DNA of 64,000 bases, from NCBI RefSeq assembly GCF_009914755.1, contig NC_060939.1, one strand, 5' to 3'. Source of the stretch: the human T2T-CHM13v2.0 reference genome, Homo sapiens. This document shows, one piece after another, positions 60,301-64,000 of the stretch. The position numbers were made by a program, and so were the translations under genes. Below the pieces are notes generated by a model. It saw nothing but the letters and a program-made list of their open reading frames with translations. It was not told the origin of the DNA and did no database searches. Position 1 is the first letter of the stretch, and every line of letters begins with the position of its first letter.

Positions 60301-63300
60301 TCAAGACCATTTCTTTTGAGTCCATTCTATTTGAGTCCATTCCCTTTGATTCCATAACATTTGAGTCCATTCAATTCCATTCCTTTCGTTTCCATTCCAT
60401 TTGATGCCATTCCATTCAATTCTGTTCTACTCGACTCCAATACATTCAATTCCATTCCAACCGATTCCATTACATTCTTTTCATTTCTTATCCATTTCAA
60501 GCCATTCCACTCCATTCCATTCCACTCGTTTCCTTTCCATTCGAGTCCATTCCTCTCCAGTCCATTCCGTTCAATCCATTCCATTCCAGTCCATTCCATT
60601 CGAGTCCGTTCCATTCCAGTCCATTCCATTCGAGTCAATTCCATTCCATTCGATGTCTTTCCATAACGATCCATTCCATTCTATTCCTTTCGATTCCATT
60701 CCATTCTATTTCATTCCATTCGATTCCCTTCCATTGGACTCCTTTCCATTCGAGTGCATTCCATTCCGTTCCATTTCTTTCCGTTCTGTATGATTCCTAC
60801 CGTTCGATTTCATGTTGTTCCAGTCCATTCTTTCGCGTCCATTCCATTCCATTTCACTCCATTCGATTCCATTCCACTCGATTCCACTTCGTTCCATTTC
60901 ATTGCATTCCATTCTATTCAACTCTATTGCCTTCCATTCCATTCCATTCGATTACATTCCATGCGATTCCATTCGAAATCGAATCAATTACATTGCAATC
61001 CATTACTATTGAGTCCGTTTTATTCCAGTCCACTGCATTCTGGTCCATTCCATTTGATTCCATTCCATTCTATTCCATTCCATAGAGTTGCATTCCATTG
61101 GATTCCATGCTATATCTATAAACTCAATTCGAGACCATTGCTTTTGAGTCCATTCTATATGATTCCATTCCATTCAAGTCCATTACATTTGGTTAAATTC
61201 CATTCCATTCGGTTCAATTCCATTCCATTCCATTCCCTTCCATTCCATTCCAGTTGATATCAGTCCATTCGATTCCATTCCATTCGAGCACATTCCATTC
61301 GAGTCCATTCCATTCGATGCCATTCCATTTGATTCTATTCCATTAGTCTCCATTCAATTCCATTAATCTCCATTCCATTCCATTCTACTCCAAATGATTC
61401 CATTCCATTCTATTCCTTTCCATTCCATCTCATTCCATTCCATTCCATTCCATTCCATTCCATTCCATTCCATTCGTGTCTATTCCACTCCAGTCCATTC
61501 CATTCGTATCCATTCCATTCCAGTCCATTCCATTTGTGTCCACTGCATTCCATTCCACTCCATTCCATATTATTCCATTACACTCCATTCCATTCTATTA
61601 CGTTCATTTCCATTCAATTCCATTCCATTTGATTCCATTCCACTCGGTTTCATTCCATTTGAGTCCACTCCATTCCATTCCATTCCATTCAGTTCCATTC
61701 CATTCTGTTCCATTCCATTCCGTTCCATTGCATTCCATTCCATTCGGTACCATTCCATATTGTTCCATTCGATTCCATTCGAATCCATTCCATTCCAGTC
61801 CATTCCATTCGATTCCATTCCATTCATTTCAATTCCATTCCATTCCATTCCATTACATTCCACTTGATTCCTCTCCATTCCCTTCCACTGCATTCCGTTC
61901 GATTCCATTCCATTGCATTGCATTCCATTCCATTGGATTGCATTCCATTCGATTCCATTCCATTCGAATCAATTACGTAGCAATCCATTACATTCGAGTC
62001 TATTCTCTTCCGTTCCATTCGATTTCGTTCCAATCCATTCGATTCCATTCCATTCGATTCCATTCCATACTATTGCATTCCATTCGATTACATTATATTC
62101 GAATAAGTTCCATTCAAGACCATTTCTTTTGAGTCCATTCTATTTGAGTCCATTCCCTTTGATTCCATAACATTTGAGTCCATTCAATTCCATTCCTTTC
62201 GTTTCCATTCCATTTGATGCCATTCCATTCAATTCTGTTCTACTCGACTCCAATACATTCAATTCCATTCCATCCGATTCCATTACATTCTTTTCATTTC
62301 TTATCCATTTCAAGCCATTCCACTCCATTCCATTCCACTCGTTTCCTTTCCATTCGAGTCCATTCCTCTCCAGTCCATTCCGTTCAATCCATTCCATTCC
62401 AGTCCATTCCATTCGAGTCCGTTCCATTCCAGTCCATTCCATTCGAGTCAATTCCATTCCATTCGATGTCTTTCCATAACGATCCATTCCATTCTATTCC
62501 TTTCGATTCCATTCCATTCTATTTCATTCCATTCGATTCCCTTCCATTGGACTCCTTTCCATTCGAGTGCATTCCATTCCGTTCCATTTCTTTCCGTTCT
62601 GTACGATTCCTACCGTTCGATTTCATTTTGTTCCAGTCCATTCTTTCGCGTCCATTCCATTCCATTTCACTCCATTCGATTCCATTCCACTCGATTCCAC
62701 TTCGTTCCATTTCATTGCATTCCATTCTATTCAACTCTATTGCCTTCCATTCCATTCCATTCGATTACATTCCATGCGATTCCATTCGAAATCGAATCAA
62801 TTACATTGCAATCCATTACTATTGAGTCCGTTTTATTCCAGTCCACTGCATTCTGGTCCATTCCATTTGATTCCATTCCATTCTATTCCATTCCATACAG
62901 TTGCATTCCATTGGATTCCATGCTATATCTATAAATTCAATTCGAGACCATTGCTTTTGAGTCCATTCTATATGATTCCATTCCATTCAAGTCCATTACA
63001 TTTGGTTAAATTCCATTCCATTCGGTTCAATTCCATTCCATTCCATTCCCTTCCATTCCATTCCAGTTGATATCAATCCATTCGATTCCATTCCATTCGA
63101 GCACATTCCATTCGAGTCCATTCCATTCGATGCCATTCCATTTGATTCTATTCCATTAGTCTCCATTCAATTCCATTAATCTCCATTCCATTCCATTCTA
63201 CTCCAACTGATTCCATTCCATTCTATTCCTTTCCATTCCATTTCATTCCATTCCATTCCATTCCATTCGTGTCCATTCCACTCCAGTCCATTCCATTCGT

Positions 63301-64000
63301 ATCCATTCCATTCCAGTCCATTCCATTTGTGTCCACTGCATTCCATTCCACTCCATTCCATATTATTCCATTACACTCCATTCCATTCTATTACTTTCAT
63401 TTCCATTCAATTCCATTCCATTTGATTCCATTCCACTCGGTTTCATTCCATTTGAGTCCACTCCATTCCATTCCATTCCATTCAGTTCCATTCCATTCTG
63501 TTCCATTCCATTCCGTTCCATTACATTCCATTCCATTCGGTACCATTCCATATTGTTCCATTCGATTCCATTCGAATCCATTCCATTCCAGTCCATTCCA
63601 TTCGATTCCATTCCATTCATTTCAATTCCATTCCATTCCATTCCATTACATTCCACTTGATTCCTCTCCATTCCCTTCCACTGCATTCCGTTCGATTCCA
63701 TTCCATTGCATTGCATTCCATTCCATTGGATTGCATTCCATTCGATTCCATTCCATTCGAATCAATTACGTAGCAATCCATTACATTCGAGTCTATTCTC
63801 TTCCGTTCCATTCGATTTCGTTCCAATCCATTCGATTCCATTCCATTCGATTCCATTCCATACTATTGCATTCCATTCGATTACATTATATTCGAATAAG
63901 TTCCATTCAAGACCATTTCTTTTGAGTCCATTCTATTTGAGTCCATTCCCTTTGATTCCATAACATTTGAGTCCATTCAATTCCATTCCTTTCGTTTCCA
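40565..64000 (+). repeat. Recurrent three-unit cassette (B-C-D) at ~40565, ~47757 and ~58562
   Basis: PstI-bearing B units (41673, 48865, 59670) are each followed by a C unit (CATAGAGTTG, TATAAACTC, GATATCAGTCC, CCAAATGA, TACGTA at 43971/51163/61974) and then a D unit. The offset between the first two copies is exactly 7192 bp. Confidence 0.85.

Larger units (their letters stand above)
635..63545. other. One KpnI site (GGTACC) per 1.8-kb unit; consistent with the D15Z1/HSat3A5 (chr15p) 1.8-kb KpnI Sat III family
   Basis: GGTACC at 635, 2407, 4220 and once in each later unit up to ~63540 (seen). D15Z1 is known as a 1.8-kb KpnI-defined Sat III repeat on chr15p (established). The assignment is inferred from period and site only and was not checked by alignment. 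Confidence 0.7.
1043..63966 (+). repeat. ~1.8-kb higher-order tandem repeat, 35 complete units plus partial flanking units
   Basis: The landmark TTGAGTCCATTCAAT after CCATAACAT recurs at 1043, 2835, 4648, 6452, 8255, 10059, 11853, 13627, 15446, 17240, 19014, 20786, 22579, 24372, 26180, 27992, 29786, 31585, 33379, 35178, 36972, 38771, 40565, 42364, 44171, 45964, 47757, 49556, 51363, 53156, 54955, 56748, 58562, 60361, 62174 and ~63967. Spacings are 1772-1819 bp. Distinctive motifs (GGTACC, TGTACGATTCCTACC, TATATCTATAAA, CCATAACGATCC) occur once per unit, with occasional point variants. Confidence 0.97.
1..64000 (+). repeat. Human Satellite 3 (HSat3 / classical Sat III) array, diverged (CATTC)n pentamer, C-rich strand on +
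   Basis: Continuous CATTC pentamers with typical variants (CATTT, GATTC, GAGTC, CAGTC, CACTC) from base 1 to 64000. The + strand is strongly G-poor. It lacks the CATTCGATGATG-type ~23-26 bp motif typical of HSat2. No non-satellite interruption seen. Confidence 0.97.

Noticed and set aside
53-63963. Hundreds of ORFs of up to 308 aa (FHSIP-repeat on +, MEWNG-repeat on -)
   Set aside because: These are direct translations of CATTC/GAATG pentamers, which contain no stop codon. They are open in several frames on both strands, recur with each unit, are freely frameshifted between copies and show no recognisable domain.
1-64000. CRISPR-like array or other prokaryotic repeat system
   Set aside because: There are no unique spacers, leader or cas genes. 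The intervening sequence is itself repeated satellite.
1-64000. Strand inversion or embedded Alu/L1/other insertion
   Set aside because: No GGAAT-rich tract on the + strand, no poly-A tail and no non-satellite segment were seen. Unit spacing never departs from 1772-1819 bp, which leaves no room for an insertion.

Overview
The whole 64 kb window is one uninterrupted satellite array with no genes, RNA genes or transposon insertions that I can see. It is a diverged (CATTC)n/(GAATG)n pentamer satellite of the classical human Satellite 3 (HSat3) type, with the C-rich strand on + throughout and no inversion. The pentamers form a higher-order unit of about 1.8 kb: 35 complete intervals between a landmark at 1043 and the same landmark at about 63967, each 1772-1819 bp long, mean about 1798 bp. 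Each unit carries one KpnI site, which fits the 1.8-kb KpnI Sat III family of chromosome 15p (D15Z1/HSat3A5); that chromosomal assignment is an inference. All ORFs in the track are artefacts of translating a 5-mer. The interesting signal is layered repeat architecture. The 1.8-kb unit is itself an old diverged dimer of about 0.83 + 0.96 kb. A heterogeneous left domain gives way at about 20-21.6 kb to a more homogeneous right domain. The right domain holds an exact 3593-bp two-unit repeat in four copies whose duplication order can be read from nested SNPs, a three-unit cassette that recurs at +7192 bp and about +18 kb, and chimeric units that mark probable crossover points. I find no evidence for a new gene-encoded system.
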